The notes: a model not told the origin generated them from the letters alone. A stretch of DNA of 64,000 bases from Felis catus (GCF_018350175.1 NC_058368.1:238888001-238952000); one strand, 5' to 3'; positions 37,158-50,704 are shown, counted from the stretch's first letter. Translations and numbers: made by a program.

Positions 37158-38162
37158 AGGCTTTACTTCTTGATATAGTCTTGGCAGGCTGCATGTTTCT
37201 CGGAATTTACCCATTTCTTCCAGGTTTTCCAGTGTGCTCACATATAAGCACCGGTAACAGTCCTTAGGACCCTTTTTATTTCTGAGGCATTCACTGTGAT
37301 GTCTCCTCGTTCACTTGTGATTTGAGTCTTCTTCCATTTTCTTAATCCAGCTAATGGTCTGTGGATTGTGGATATTTTTTCCAAAACCCATCTCAGTTCT
37401 GGTATTTTTTCCCCATTATTTTTCGAATTCTCTATTTGATTTATTTCTGCTCTGATGTTTACAATTTCTTTCTTTTTTTCTGTTGCTAACTTTGGGTTTA
37501 GTTTGCTTTTCTTTTTCTAGTTCCCTGAGGTGTAAAGTTAGGTTGTTGAGATCTTTCTTCTTTTTTAACATAGGCATTTGTGTGTAACAGTCTTACACGG
37601 TGAGGTTAGGAAGGGCAGGGGCAGCCCTGCCCAGCCAGGAGTCTTGGGGCTGGGGGCGGGGGGGGGGGAGGGCGCTAGGGTGGAAGCTGTACTGGCTCTA
37701 CCTGCCCTTGGGTGCCACCTGGTGGACAAAGTCCATCCGGTCCAAAAGCAAGCACGTCGTGGGCCTGTGCTGACTGATGCAGGCAGGACAGCAGCAGGGA
37801 CCCCGGGCTCACCCAGCTAACTAGAGCCTCTCTCGCCAGTGGTCCCAGTGGTCAGGGTGCCCGAGCCAGGGAGCACCAGGGCCACAAAAACTCTACCTCA
37901 AGCCCAGCTCCATGTGTGCTCTCTTGTGCAGGACAGGCAGGGCTAGGACATTGAGGCTAGGACAGGATGCTGTCATCCAGAAAGCCCTGCTGTGTAGGGC
38001 TCGGGAACCATGCAGGGAGTTGTGGGGTGGGGAGGCTGGCGGGGGAGGGGACCCCTGCCCCTGTGGCCTGACAACAGCCAAGGGGAAATGCATCCCCAAA
38101 CAAGGCCTCCACCCCACGAAGAGGGGTGAATGAACAGAGACGACGCCAAGGGCATGGCTCAC

Positions 38163-38359
38163 CATCTCCTTCCGCGTGTTGCTGAGTTCCGACGCCACCT
38201 CACTCATCCTCATGCTATACTGCTGCTGCTGTTCAGCAAGGAGCTTTTGCAAAGATCTCTTTTCCAGAGTAAGGAAGCTAATTTCTTCACTCACGGCTGC
38301 TGAGATGTCCTGAGCTGCTGTAAACTCTGGCATCGATGATAAAATCTGTCTTGCCTGAG
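38163..38359 (-). CDS. CEP72: CEP72 exon 9 (AQARQILSSMPEFTAAQ...ELSNTRKEM)
   Basis: cctAG acceptor; ATG|gtgagc donor; 197 nt, phase 1 to 0. Confidence 0.92.
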
Positions 38360-39430
38360 CTAGGAGTAAAAATCAAATGATATTGTGGCAGTTATGTTGA
38401 AAACACGAAGAATAAACAAAACGTGTCCAACAGATCTGGAGTAACACAAACTCTCAACTGGCAAAAGGACACGGACGCCAGCGACACCACCTCCCTCAGG
38501 TGTCTGCACACCCATCCACTCACAGGTGGGATGGGAGGCGGGGACACAGGAAGAGTTTTATTCTAAAGCAAAGGTGCCCCTGAAGAGAAGGCCACGACTG
38601 GACAGTGTGCCTGGACGTCCCAGTGGCCCGCCACGCTCTCTTCCATGGCACTGCCTGCTCCTGCTCCTGCTCCTAGCCTGGGAGCAAGTGGGTAAGATTT
38701 ATAGGATCAGGATCCAGGGGCTCCAGCATCCTGGGCAGTCCTGATTCTAGAAGCTCCAGGGCCATGATACCAAGCACATAGCTCAGCTCCGGGCAGGGTC
38801 CAGGGTCTGCAGGAAGGACGAGCGAGCTCCTGCCCCAACTGAGACCCTGAAGGCCACACACTGGGCTGCGGGAGAAAGACACAATAACCACCCCAGGGTG
38901 TGGCGTCTCACTCTCTGGATGAAGGGCGCCCCGTGTGCTCCTGCACCCAGGCACAAGCAGAAGCAAAGCCAAGTCCTCCCTGGGAAGTGACCACCCTCCT
39001 GGGACTCATCCTCAGTGAAAGCTCAGCAAATCCAGGGCCCTGCACAAAAGAGCACACGTTCGCAGGGCCGGAAGGAGACAGCACAGCTTTGTGATCTCTC
39101 CAAACCTTCACATAAACCAGAGCAACGAGAACCCAACATGTGAACAGCACCTCCAACAGAACCAGGTGATGATGCAGAGTACCAGTAGGAAAACCAACAG
39201 CCGCAGTCCTGCACGACACCCCTCGTGCCTCACACCTCATGGAAGTCCCGAGCCGCTTCAAGAGGGCGTCAGGATGCTCCATGCAGTGCGGCAGGGACGG
39301 TGACGGCCAATGGGGAGGGTCCAGCAAGGTGCAGGGCTCAGAACCCAGCAGGCAAATAGCACCTGCAAACAGAATGCTGCCCGGAGGGCGGCCCAAGTAC
39401 GGGTCTGAGCGGACCGTCCTCCTGACTCAC

Positions 39431-39572
39431 CGCGGAACACCTCGTTGCCGTGCAGGGACTTGCAGCCGCCCCAGTACCTGTCCACCAGGTCGAGGAGCGC
39501 CTCCAGGAGCACCACTTCCAGGCCAGCCTTCTTCCCGGGTGGCGGAGCTGAGTACAGTTTGGCAGGAGACAC
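39431..39572 (-). CDS. CEP72: CEP72 exon 8 (VSPAKLYSAPPPGKKAGLEVVLLEALLDLVDRYWGGCKSLHGNEVFR)
   Basis: ggcAG acceptor; G|gtgagt donor; 142 nt, phase 0 to 1. Confidence 0.88.
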
Positions 39573-41701
39573 CTGCCACGGAGACAAAGCCATGATGCTG
39601 AGATGCCAAAATCAGTGGTTACTGTGTGAAGCAAAGCCTCTGACGCCAGCATGCCTCATGCTGATGCCCTTGTCCTGCAGAGGTGTGCACGATGGGGCTG
39701 TCCAAACATCACAACGCTACAGGGGTGGCACATGGGGATCCCTTTCCTGCCCCCCCGGACGTGTGGCATCCTTATACCGGGAGGAACAGCTAAAGGACGC
39801 GCTAGCAGGTGTCACACCAAGTATGTCAGTCATGAGACCCACATCATAATTTAAGCTCTAAGGCTGTGGGAACCCCAGTCCCACAATGGCCTGTCCTGGG
39901 CCCTCCTGAACCAGTGCACAGGGACTCCTGGAGGCTGCAGACCCTTTAGAGTCAGTCTCGGCCTGAACGGTCCCCCAAATGTATGAGGCCACATGCCAGA
40001 CCAGACGGAGGTCAGGCCAGGACGATGTGGGCAGAAGACGGCCAGGCAAAACCACCAAGACTCCACCCAGGGCCTGGCCACATCAGTGCCGTGTCAGCAA
40101 CCACATCAACAGCTCTCCTTTCCTCTTTAGAAATTACGTCACCAATTTTAAAGAATTACCAAAGAAAGGGAGACGGTTCTGCCCTCCTGCCCACTTTCCA
40201 AGTGTCTGGGGGTTTGGGGAGGGAGGGAATAGAAGCCTGCATCTGTCTCTGGGCTGACGGCCAGAGCCAAGACACGGGCTGGTCTCAGGTGTCCAGGAAG
40301 AGCCGGGACATGGGCTGGGCTCAGGTCCTGCCACCACCGCCCACCCCAGGTCCACCAGGGACAGGGCCTGGTGAGCGAGCACCGCACTGACCAAGGTCAC
40401 ACTGGGGGAGGGGCAGCGTGAAAATGCCAAGGCCCGGCTGCTCACCCCAAAAAGCTAAGGGTAAGAGCACATAGCCTTGGTGAGTGTCTGGCACCAACAC
40501 TTCCATCCTCCATCAAACTATCTGAACACCTGTCCTCAGGCACAGGTGACAGAGCCCATGTCCCCAGTGCACTCACTCAGGCTTCTGTCTCCTACCTGAG
40601 GAGCACAGGGCAGTGTCCTCTGCGAGAGGCCAATCACCGTGAGGTCCCAGCCCCTCGGTGAGTGCATGAGCTCTCTGGGTGAAGCTTCGCACCTGGCGCT
40701 GTCCATCCTTGGTGAGGGAGGCCAGGCCTCCAGGGGGCAGGAAAGGCCCGGGCCTGTTCCCCACTCAAGCAAATCCTCATTTCTCTTCCTTCTCTCAGTC
40801 CAGACAGTGAGAGACTGGCCATATAAACAAACAGTGGCCGCATCCTGTGTGAGAGTGACCCTCTGACCCAAGACCTGCAGCGACCGGCCCAGAAGCCAGC
40901 CCCTCATGTGTGGCAACCAGCCAGGAGGCCAAACTGTGACCCCTGTAATGGTCAGCCCAGCAGCCAGAATTTGATCAGTTAAGTGACAGCTCCCCTAATT
41001 TTTTTTCCCTCTTTGCAACTCAGGACCGACCACAGGAAGCCAGATCATTTCCCTAACCAAGCAGCATCTTGTCCCTCACTCTGCTGCACCCTCTCTCTCC
41101 CCTGGCCCCAGACCCCCTCCACTGTGACGCTCTCCCACTCTCCCGACTGTCTGGGTTTGTCTGGCAGACCAGCAACAGGGCAGACCCCCTTGCCACAGCC
41201 CGTGCCCGCCCAACGTCTGCCCCAGTTCCCACAACTTTGTGCCTCTATCTCCAACAAAGCCAGTGACAAAGGCAACAGAGTCATCACCCATGTGGCTCTG
41301 GGTCATTTGCAGGGTGGCAGAACCCTCAGTCCCTACCCAGGGCCAAGTCCTTTGGAAAACCACAGGATGCACGTCCAGGACACCCTCACAACAGGGCCAT
41401 TGGTGGCTCCCTGGCCAAGATGATGGGTTCCGCCTCTAAGACAAGCACCCTTGCCAAAAAGCAGAGCGCAACTGCCCCTCAACTGTGCCCACATTCCAGC
41501 CTCAAAGCACAGAGCGTGGCAGAAAGTGGTGGGAAGCCTGGGAATATATTTCCACCAGATCAAAAGGTAGCAAATGCTGGGGAGAAGCACGTGTAGAAGT
41601 TTCTCCAGCTGGGAGCCAGTGAGCACAGGGAAGGGAGAGGGGGCACACAGGCCTGGCAGCCCCCACCTCTCCATCCGGTCCTGCTCACCTCTCCCACTCA
41701 C

Positions 41702-42003
41702 CTCTCCGGTGCCACTCACGCTGGGGGGCCTCTCCTCTTCGGGCTCCGACACCGCTGAGTGAGGGAAGGTCCTTTCACTCCTGCCCTCCGAGCCACTCTG
41801 CCTGCTCAGACTCTCCTCAGGGCTCGAGGGCACACTGGGCCTCTCTGGGCAGTGCAGACACTCCTGGTCTGCAGGTGCCTGAGATCTCCCACCAGGCATT
41901 CTTCGCTTCCTGTACTTTTCAGGAGCAGGCAACGGATTCAATACCTTTTGGGCTGACAAACTTGACTTCTGAGAAAGGGTAGACTCCTCAATGTCTGTGG
42001 AAT
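41702..42003 (-). CDS. CEP72: CEP72 exon 7 (DSTDIEES...PEKYRKRRMPGGR...SGTGE)
   Basis: ttcacAG acceptor; GAG|gtgagt donor; 302 nt, phase 1 to 0. Confidence 0.9.
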
Positions 42004-42669
42004 CTGTGAAGGAGAGCGGAAGAGAGCCCTCAGCAGACCAAGTTCTCTGGCCTCAGTGACCAGTACCGTAATTTAAAAAGGTGTGTGTGCACGCACATGT
42101 GTGTATGTGCACACGCACAAATATGGAAAATCTACCCAAAAGTGATAAAACTGAGCTAATAACTTTAACAAATCAATCAACCAACTACTATGTTCCTGAC
42201 AAAATCACGTATGAGAAAAAGAAGTGAGTAAAAACTTAGAATCTGGGAATTACAGAGGACTGAACGATTTGCCCCTGTAGCAGACTTTGTTAACCTGTCA
42301 GTCCCTGAGACCCTCCCTGCCACTGGGACGGCCACTGGGCCGAAATCAAGAGGTGGATGCTTAACTGACTGAGTCGCCCAGGTGCCCCTCATTGTAATTT
42401 TTAAAATGTAGCTACAGTCGTAACCTGGACCCCTGTATTCAGAAGATGTGTATGTGTGTATAGATAGAAGGGCCAGGTACTTAGCGACTAGACTCTACAA
42501 CATGGATCCACTACATGTTTCAGTGTAGGAGATTCTTTCCTAAGACATCTCAGAGAGCTCCACAAACACACAAATATATCGAAGACAGGAGGAGAGATTT
42601 CACAGGGACAGCACACGGTGAAAACAGGCACTGCCAAGGAGCTGACAGAGGGCGCATGACACTGCTTAC

Positions 42670-42852
42670 CTGGGTGTGGGGCAAAGTGTGTGTGCAGCCC
42701 ACACTGCGGTGGGAGCTCCCCACAGTACTGGTTCTGAGGCCTCTCTTCTGAGCCATCCCCTCGAGAGCTGCTTCTCCTCTTCTCGTGGCCTTTCTTTATG
42801 GAATCCCCACACTGGTACTGTACTGACTGGGGACTCAACAGGTGCCTGGATT
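42670..42852 (-). CDS. CEP72: CEP72 exon 6 (ESRHLLSPQSVQYQCGDS...HFAPHP)
   Basis: aaatAG acceptor; CAG|gtaagc donor; 183 nt, phase 1 to 1. Confidence 0.88.
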
Positions 42853-44174
42853 CTATTTTATTAAAAAACATTGTAGAAGTTTTATTTCATCAGAAATGAC
42901 ATTTTAACCTTATGACAGTGTATGATAGCTACAGAGTACACAATTAAATAAGAAAAAGGTGACTGAGCAGCCAACCCCGCAGTGACAGCAGCAGGTGTCA
43001 CAGACGCCTGAGCTCAGCACTTACTGCACAGCTGGTACCGGTACAAAGACTCGACGACCAACAGAACACCACACAGAATCTAGAAAGAGACTCGAGTCAG
43101 CTGAGTTAACAGATGTGCCATGGTACTGAGCGAGAAGACGGTTTCTTCACAAGCACGGGGTGGACAAAGATTTCTTTACGGGACACCAAAAAGCACAAAC
43201 CATATAAAAAACAGAATGGACAGGCAGACAACACTGAGAACTTCTGCTCTTCCAAGCACGTTAGGCAAAGAAACGGCAAGCCACAGAACAGGAGAGGTCT
43301 GCGGTGCCTGCATCTGAGAAAGGGCTTGTACGAAAAAAGCCACAGAGAACGAGCTCTTATGACCTGGCACTAAGAAGCGAAAAATGGGAGGGGGAGAGGC
43401 TTGAACAGAAGTGTCTCAGCAGACAAGTGGCCCTGAAAACCTGCCCATCAGAGTCCTCAGGAAAACACGTGTTAGAACCATAAGGAACACCACCGCGCTG
43501 CCTGAGGAGCCGGAACTGACAAGACTGACAACACGGAGCCGGCGAGGACACCCAATGGGCAGACGTCCTCGCACCAGCAGGTGAGTCCTGGGGTTTCAGC
43601 CCCAGCTGATGCCTCAACCTATTGCCGTCTTCGTGAAAAGCTCTCAGAAACTCCTAACAGGAGAAGAAGCAGAGCCACAGCACGGACACAAGCCCTGGTG
43701 GAAAACAGAGGCCCTGAGCAAAGCCCCTGAAGAAACTCACATGCTATAAAGACTTCACAACATCCTCGTCCGGTCTAAAGTTCTGAACCTGGCAGCCTGA
43801 GCGCTCAGTGTCTCCTAAGCTAAGGGAACACCCACTCATGGTACAGACGGACAGTAGTCTCACCAGCCACAGGACACTTTACCCTCCTGTCTACTTTGAC
43901 CTTTTGGGTCTCCTGTGTAGTTGAAGTCTATCTGAGGAAGGACACAATTTCCACAACCGCGCCGTAGAACTATACGCTCAATTATACTGATATTTTCTGT
44001 CACAAGTCTATAATCCAAACTACTGGTATTTACAAGTTCACAAAGCCTTCATGAAGATTCTGTACTTAAAGGTGAGTTTTCTAGAAAGCACAACTGTGTG
44101 TCTGGAAGCCAGTAATTACCAGAACCCCGGAACAGGCTGGTCCACTGGGCCTTGGTGGTAGAGTAGCAGCCTAC

Positions 44175-44353
44175 CTTGGGAACTAGGGAGGTTGGCCTCT
44201 CGCCCCCTCTGGCTGGAGCTTGTGCTCCCGGGAGGGTTGCTCAAGTCCCACTCGCACTCAGCAATGAGGTTCAGGACCGCCTCATCATCTGCGTCCATTA
44301 CCAAGCATTTCTTGGCCGAGGGATCAGCGCACGTGGCCCTAGAGTGGCGTGGT
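44175..44353 (-). CDS. CEP72: CEP72 exon 5 (RPRHSRATCADPSAKKCLVMDADDEAVLNLIAECEWDL...)
   Basis: ttgcAG acceptor; G|gtagg donor; 179 nt; DDEAVLNLIAECEWDL motif. Confidence 0.93.
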
Positions 44354-46292
44354 CTGCAAGGAAAAGCAAACTCAGTGCTGTCGTTCAAGCCAGCATCATG
44401 CTCCAGCCCACGCAGACCCTGTGAAGGAAGATGGGTGCTCTATCAGCGGGGCCACAAGGTCTCCGGGGAGGAGCTGGTGCACTGAAGAAAATGGCTCTGG
44501 GTGCCTCTATTGCAGAAGTCAGCACAGGGCTTCCCCAGGACGCTGGGTGATGAAAAGAAGGTCATGTGATGTCTCCATGCCATCCCAACATCCCAGTCAG
44601 GTCTGTTCAAGAATGAAAGTTCCAGAAAGCTCCTGTTCTGAAATCCCCTAGTGTGTTCTCCTCCTAGCATATCCATGATGTGATGCATTTGATCAAGAAA
44701 GTTAAAGCGAATGGTGTTTGAAATTTCTATTTTTACATTAAGTGAAAACCTCTCCACACTGACTGAATACGAGGTGTTTTAGATACGACATCCCTACCAA
44801 TGGTGACCCCCCCGCACATGAAGGTGAACACACATGAAGGGAATTCATTTCCAACAAGGCAGCTTATGAAATCTCTTCAAGATAATAATCACCTACTATG
44901 AACACTGACTCTGTGATATCTGATCATACTTTAAGAAGCCAATACTGTTCACTATTTTCTGAGAGTTTTCCAGCTCACTGCAGAGGGAAGGGGTCTTGGG
45001 TTCTTTTTCTGGTCTGCCCACAGAAACCTGACACCTGACACACTTCTGCCTTGGGGGTCTCCACGTCACCTATGGATCACAAGGTTCCACTAGGTCACCT
45101 ATAAGACCCTCTGAGCTCTAAACGTCATAAGAGTTCAGTCTCTAGATGGTCAAGGACTAGGCAAGCTACAGAATATTGCTGGAAAAAATTAAAGACATAA
45201 ATAAGTGGAAAGACACCCCATCTTCATGGACTGGAAGATTTAACATTGTTAAAATGTCACTAGTCCCCAAAGCAACCTACAGAACCAGTGCAATCCCTAT
45301 CAAAATCCCAGTGACGTTTTTTGCAGAAATGGAAAAAACACATCATAAAATGCATCTGGGACCTCAAGGGACGCCAAATGGCCAAACAATCTTGAAAAAG
45401 AAGAGTAAGCATTAGAACTGATATAGCAGAATTGCTGACATTACCAGACTAGGCTTTAAAACAACTACAAGTAATAATACTGAGGTCTAATGAAGAAAGC
45501 AGACAATATACAAGAACATGTGGGAAATTTAAGTAGAGAGCTGGAAATTCTCTAAGAATCAAAAAGACATACTAGAGATCAAAGAAGAGAAATGAAGAAG
45601 CCTCTGATGGGCTCATCAGAAGTCTGGACACAGCCAAGGGAAGAGTGTCTGAGCCCAAGGATAGCTCAAAAGAATCCTCCAAAACTGAAAAACAAAGAAA
45701 AAGATTGAAAAAACCCAGAAGAGAATACTCAAGAAATGAGGGACAAACCACAAAAGGTGTAACACATGCTTCTTGAGAACATCAGAAAGAGAAGAGAAAA
45801 AAGGAACAGAGAAAATATTTAAAGCCTGAAAATTTCTGTAAATTAATGTCAGACACCAAACCACAGATCCAGGAAGCTCAGAGAACACTGGCAGAGTAAA
45901 CAACCAAAAATTTACATCAAGGAATATCGTATTCAAACTGGAAAAAAAAATCAAAGAAAAAGTAAAAAAAGGCTGAAATAAGGCAAAGGGAAAAACACTT
46001 TATGTATAGAGCAAGAAATATAGGAATTACATCTGGCTTCTCCTCAGACACCACACAAGCAGCAAAAGAGTGAAGCATTTCAATTGTTGAGAGAAAAAGC
46101 TACCACCCCAGAATTTGGTAACCTGCAAGATTATCCTTCAAAAGTGGAGGAGAAATAAAGACTTCCTCAGATAAACAGAAACTGCAATGTGTTGCCAGTA
46201 GACTTACCTTGTGAGAAATGTTAGAAGAAGTTCTTTAGAGAAAAGAATGATGCAGGTCAGAAACTCAGATCTACATAGAAAGGAAGGGCACT

Positions 46293-46510
46293 GGGGCACC
46301 TGGGTGGCTCAGTCGGTTGAGCATCCGACTTTGGCTCAGGTCATGATCTCATGGTCCGTGGGTTCGAGCCCCATGTTGGGCTCTGTGCTGACAGCTCAGA
46401 GCCTGGAGCCTGTTTCAGATTCTGTGTCTCCTTTTCTCTCTGCCCCTCCCCAACTCACGCTCTCTTTCTCTCCCTCCCTCTCTCAAAAATAAATAAGCAT
46501 TAAAAAAAAA
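46293..46510 (+). mobile_element. CanSINE nested in L1
   Basis: SINE head and A tail; degenerate TSD agaaaggaagggcact / agaaaggaagaggact. Confidence 0.92.
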
Positions 46511-47649
46511 GAAAGGAAGAGGACTGATCTAACAGATGAAAGTCTGAAGTACCAGCAACAATGTAGTATCTGATTATGGATGCCCACGTATTACATGCAG
46601 TTATAGCTTATTCATCAATGAAATCAATGATGGCACCGATACAAGGGACACAGGAGGGTGGAGTTAAGAATGTTTTGTTAGTATGAGGTATTTCCACTGC
46701 CCGGGAAGCAGTGCAGTGTTACTTGAAAGAGGTCTTGGACTAGCTGTAAAGGTCTACTTCATACTCTAGGGCAACCACTAAAAAAGCAAAAATATAACTG
46801 AGATGCTAACAAAGGAGAGAAAATAGAATCGTGTAACATGCTTGTTTAGAAGCACAAAAGGAAGAAACAAAGCAGAACAGGAACAGAGAAAACAGGAATG
46901 AATATGGTAGATATGAATCCAACTGTATCAATAACCACTTTAAACATCAATGGTCTAAACGTTCCAATTAAGAGAGATTCAACAAGGATCAAAAAACAAG
47001 ATCCAACTATATGCTGTCTACAAGAAACCCATTTTAAATATAAAGGCATATATGGATCAAAAGTGAAGGGACAATGACAATGACAAATACATCATCCTGA
47101 TGCTACTAGAGAGAATGCAGGAACAGCTACATTAATTTCAGATGGAGCTGACTTCAAAGCAAGGAAAGTTACAGGGATACAAGGGGCATTACATAAAGAT
47201 AAGGGATCAATTCTACAAGAGGAATTTAAAGCCCTTAACCTGTATACACCTAACAACAGAGCATCAAAATACATGAGACAAAAACTGACAGAACTACAAG
47301 GAGAAATAGATGAGTCCACCACCACAGCCGGAGACTCCAGCACTCCTATATCAGAAATGGACAGACCTGGCAGGCAGAAAATCAGTAAGGACACGGCTGA
47401 AGTCAACAGTACCATCAATCAACTGGATATACTGATGTCTATAGACCACGTCATCCAACAATAGCAGAATTACACATTCTTCTCAAGCTTCTATTCAACT
47501 TAGATAAATCACACTGTGAGCCATAAAACAAATCTTCACAAATTTAAAAGAGGAGAATTCAGAGTATCTGCTCTCAGACTACCAGTAATTGATAACAGAA
47601 AGAAAAATGGAAAATCCTAAATACTTGGGAGATTAAAGAGTAAATTCCT

Positions 47650-47862
47650 GGGGCGCCTGGATAGCTCAGTCAGTTAAGTGTCCAACTCTTGATTTCAGCT
47701 CAGGTCATGATCTCACAGTTCATGAGTTCGAGCTCTGTGCCAGGCTCTGCACTGACAGCATGGAGCCTGCTTGGGATTCTCTGTCTTCCCTCTCTCTGCC
47801 CCTCCCCTGCATGCAATCGATCTCTCTCGCTCTCTCAAAAATAAATATTTAAAAAAACATAA
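47650..47862 (+). mobile_element. CanSINE nested in L1
   Basis: TSD aaagagtaaattcct / aaagagcaaactcct. Confidence 0.92.
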
Positions 47863-49266
47863 TAAAGAGCAAACTCCTAAATAATGTATGACATGAGTCA
47901 AAAAAGAAATCTCCAGAGAAATTTAAAAATATTTTGAATTCAATGAAAATACACCTTATCAAAATTTGTGGGATGCAGTGAAAGCAATACTTAGAATGAA
48001 ATTCACAGCATTGAGTGCATATATTAGAAAAATAGTAAAATCTAAAATCAATAATCTAACCTTCCACCTTAGGAAATTAGACAAAGAGCCAATTAAATCC
48101 AAAGAAAGCAGAAGAAAAGAAATAATAAAAATCAGAGCAGAAATCAGTGATAGTGAAAACAGGAAATCAACACAGAAAAATCAACAAAAACCAAAAGTTA
48201 GTTCTTCAAAGAGATCAATAAAATTGAAAAACCTCAATACCAGGTTAATTAAGAAAAAAAAAAAAGAGAGACAAATTACTAATGTCAGAAGTGAAAGAGG
48301 GGTCACAATGACAGATCCCATGGACATCAAAAGGATAATAAAGGAATACTATGAAGAACTCTACACCCACAAATTTGATAATCTAATCAGACCAGTTCCT
48401 GGAAATGTACTAATCTAACAAAATTCACACAAGGAGAAATGGATAACCTGAATGGACATATATATTAAAGACACAAAATCAATAATTAATAGTCCTCTGA
48501 AACTAGGTTCAGATGGGTTCACTGGTGAATTCCACCAAACATTTAAAGAAAAAAAACTATAGCAATTCTCTATAATCTCTTCCAGAAGACAGATGCAGAC
48601 AGAATACTTCCTAACTTATTCTATGTGGCCAGCCTTATTTTAATATGCAAGAAAACTATAGACCAATATCTCTCATGAATACAGATGCAAAAATCCTCAA
48701 CAAAATATTAGCAAACTGTATCCAACAATGTATAAAAAAAATTAACTCACCACAACCAAGTGGGATTTATTCCAGATATGCAAGGCTAGGTCAACATTTG
48801 AAAATTAATGCAATCATCACATCAACAGACTAAAAAAGAAAACTCATATGCTCATATCAATAGATACAGAAAAAGCATTTGACAAAACCCACACCCATTC
48901 CTGATGAAAATGATGAGCAAACTACAAGTAGAGGGGAACTCCTCAACTGGATAAAGAACATCTACAAAAACCTGCAGCTAACATCCCCCTCAATGGTGAG
49001 AAACTAGATGCTCCTTTGCTAAGATCAGGACAAGGAAAGGTGTCCCCTCTCATTCCTTCTTTTAAACATCATATTGGAAGTCCCACTAATGCAATAAGAA
49101 AAGGAAATAAAATATATACAGATTGAGAAGGAAGAGATAAAGTTGTCTCTGTTCACAGATACATGATTGTCTATAGAAAATCCCAAAGAATCAACCAAAA
49201 ACAAGAAAGGAAAAAAACCTCCTGGATCTAACAAGTGGTTATATAGCAAGGCTGCAAAATACAAGG

Positions 49267-49767
49267 AGTTATAAGTTGCATTGTATTCCCTGCCGCCCCC
49301 CGCCCCCCCCGCCCCGCCGCCAAAAGATATGAAGTCCCAGTACCCTATACCTCAGAACATGACCTTATTTGGAAATGGGGTCTTTACAGAGGTAATCAAG
49401 TTAATAGGAGATTGGGGTGGGCCCTAATCCAACCCGACTGGTATCTTTTGGGGAAACTGGGACACAGAAACAAACATGCAAAAGGGGAGATTACATGAAA
49501 AGACACAGGGAGAAGAGCCATATAAAGAGGACTGGAGAGATACATCTGCAAGACAAGGAACACCAAAGATTTCCAGCAAACCATCAGAAGCCAGAAGAAC
49601 CACCAGAGTCATGGGATAGATTCTCCCTTACAGCCTCCACAAAGAATCAAGTCACCAACACCTTGATTTCAGACTTCTACCCTTAACAACTGTGAGACAA
49701 CAAATTTCTGTTATTTTAAGCCACCCCGTTTGTGGTACTTTTACATCAGCTCTAGGAAACGAATGCA
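49267..49767 (+). mobile_element. MLT1-type MaLR solo LTR inserted in L1 ORF2
   Basis: 'cctcagaacatgaccttatttggaaatggggtctttacagaggtaatcaagttaa...tttgtggtacttttacatcagctctaggaaac'; L1 sequence resumes on both sides (caagg / taagg). Confidence 0.8.
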
Positions 49768-50159
49768 TAAGGTTAATATACAAAAGTCAACCACTTACTA
49801 CATATCAGTAATGAACAACTGGAATTTGAAATGAAAAAAAGGCAGTGCCATTTACAATAGCATCAAAAAAATGACATATCAAATATAATCTAACAAAACA
49901 TGTACAAGATCTGTTTGAGGAAAGCTACAAACCTCTGATAAATGAAATCAAAGAACTAAACGAATGGACATTCTATGCTCACAGAGAGGAAGACTCAATA
50001 TGGTCAAGGTGTCAGCTCTCCCCAGCTCAATCTACAGATTCACTGCAATCCCAGTCAAAATCTCAACAAACTGATAGTTTACACGGAAAAGCAAGAGACC
50101 CAGGAAAACGAACAAAATACTGAAGGAGAACAAAGTTAGAGGTCTGACACTACCGGACT

Positions 50160-50345
50160 CCTAATCTCACATGGACAAAGGGGCTAGGAAACTCTTTTTG
50201 TAACAGCCACCAGACCCATTCATGAGTCTCCATCTTTATGACTTAATCACCTCTCAGAGGCCCTACTTCCTAACACAGTCATCTAGGGGTTAGGATTTCA
50301 ACACATGAATTGGGGGGGGGGGGCACAAACATCCAGACCACTGCA
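50160..50345 (-). mobile_element. MaLR (MST/MLT1) LTR fragment
   Basis: 'atgacttaatcacctctcagaggccctacttcctaacac...ggttaggatttcaacacatgaattggggg...acaaacatccagacca'. Confidence 0.7.
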
Positions 50346-50481
50346 CAGGGTACTGGGAGCAGCTGTCTACACAGCAATTAATCTAGTTTTAATGGGGAAG
50401 TGAGGACAAGATGGCGACAGTGTAGGTATCTGAGGGAACAGGAGACCCCAAGGATTTGGAATCGATCTTGAGAAATCAGAA

Positions 50482-50704
50482 CAGAAACTGGCAAAATATG
50501 GCCCACAAGGTCAAATCTAACCCATTGCCTATTTTCGTAAATAAAGTTTTACTGGAACACAGTCATCCATTTAAATATTGCCTATAGCTGCTTTCATGCT
50601 ACAAAGGCAGAGGTCAAAGGTTGAGGAAGAGATCATACGGTTGGTCCACAGAACCAAAAATATTCACTCTCCGGCCCTTTTCAAAAAATGAATTGGTAAC
50701 CCCT
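50482..50704. mobile_element. MER58A-like hAT-Charlie element
   Basis: 'ggcaaaatatggcccac...gtaaataaagttttactggaacacag...aaaatattcactctccggccctttt...aacccct'. Confidence 0.8.

Larger units (their letters stand above)
34025..37578 (-). mobile_element. Old LINE-1 (3' end plus ORF2 remnant), sense to CEP72, interrupted by two SINEs
   Basis: Degenerate ORF2 peptides, e.g. MTPKVQATKAKLHKWDYIKLKS and [10 protein letters not shown], with many stops. Confidence 0.9.
45160..50160 (+). mobile_element. Old LINE-1 block (ORF1 and ORF2 remnants) with nested SINEs and a MaLR LTR, antisense to CEP72
   Basis: Peptides [44 protein letters not shown] and MRQKLTELQGEIDESTT; frameshifted. Confidence 0.92.
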
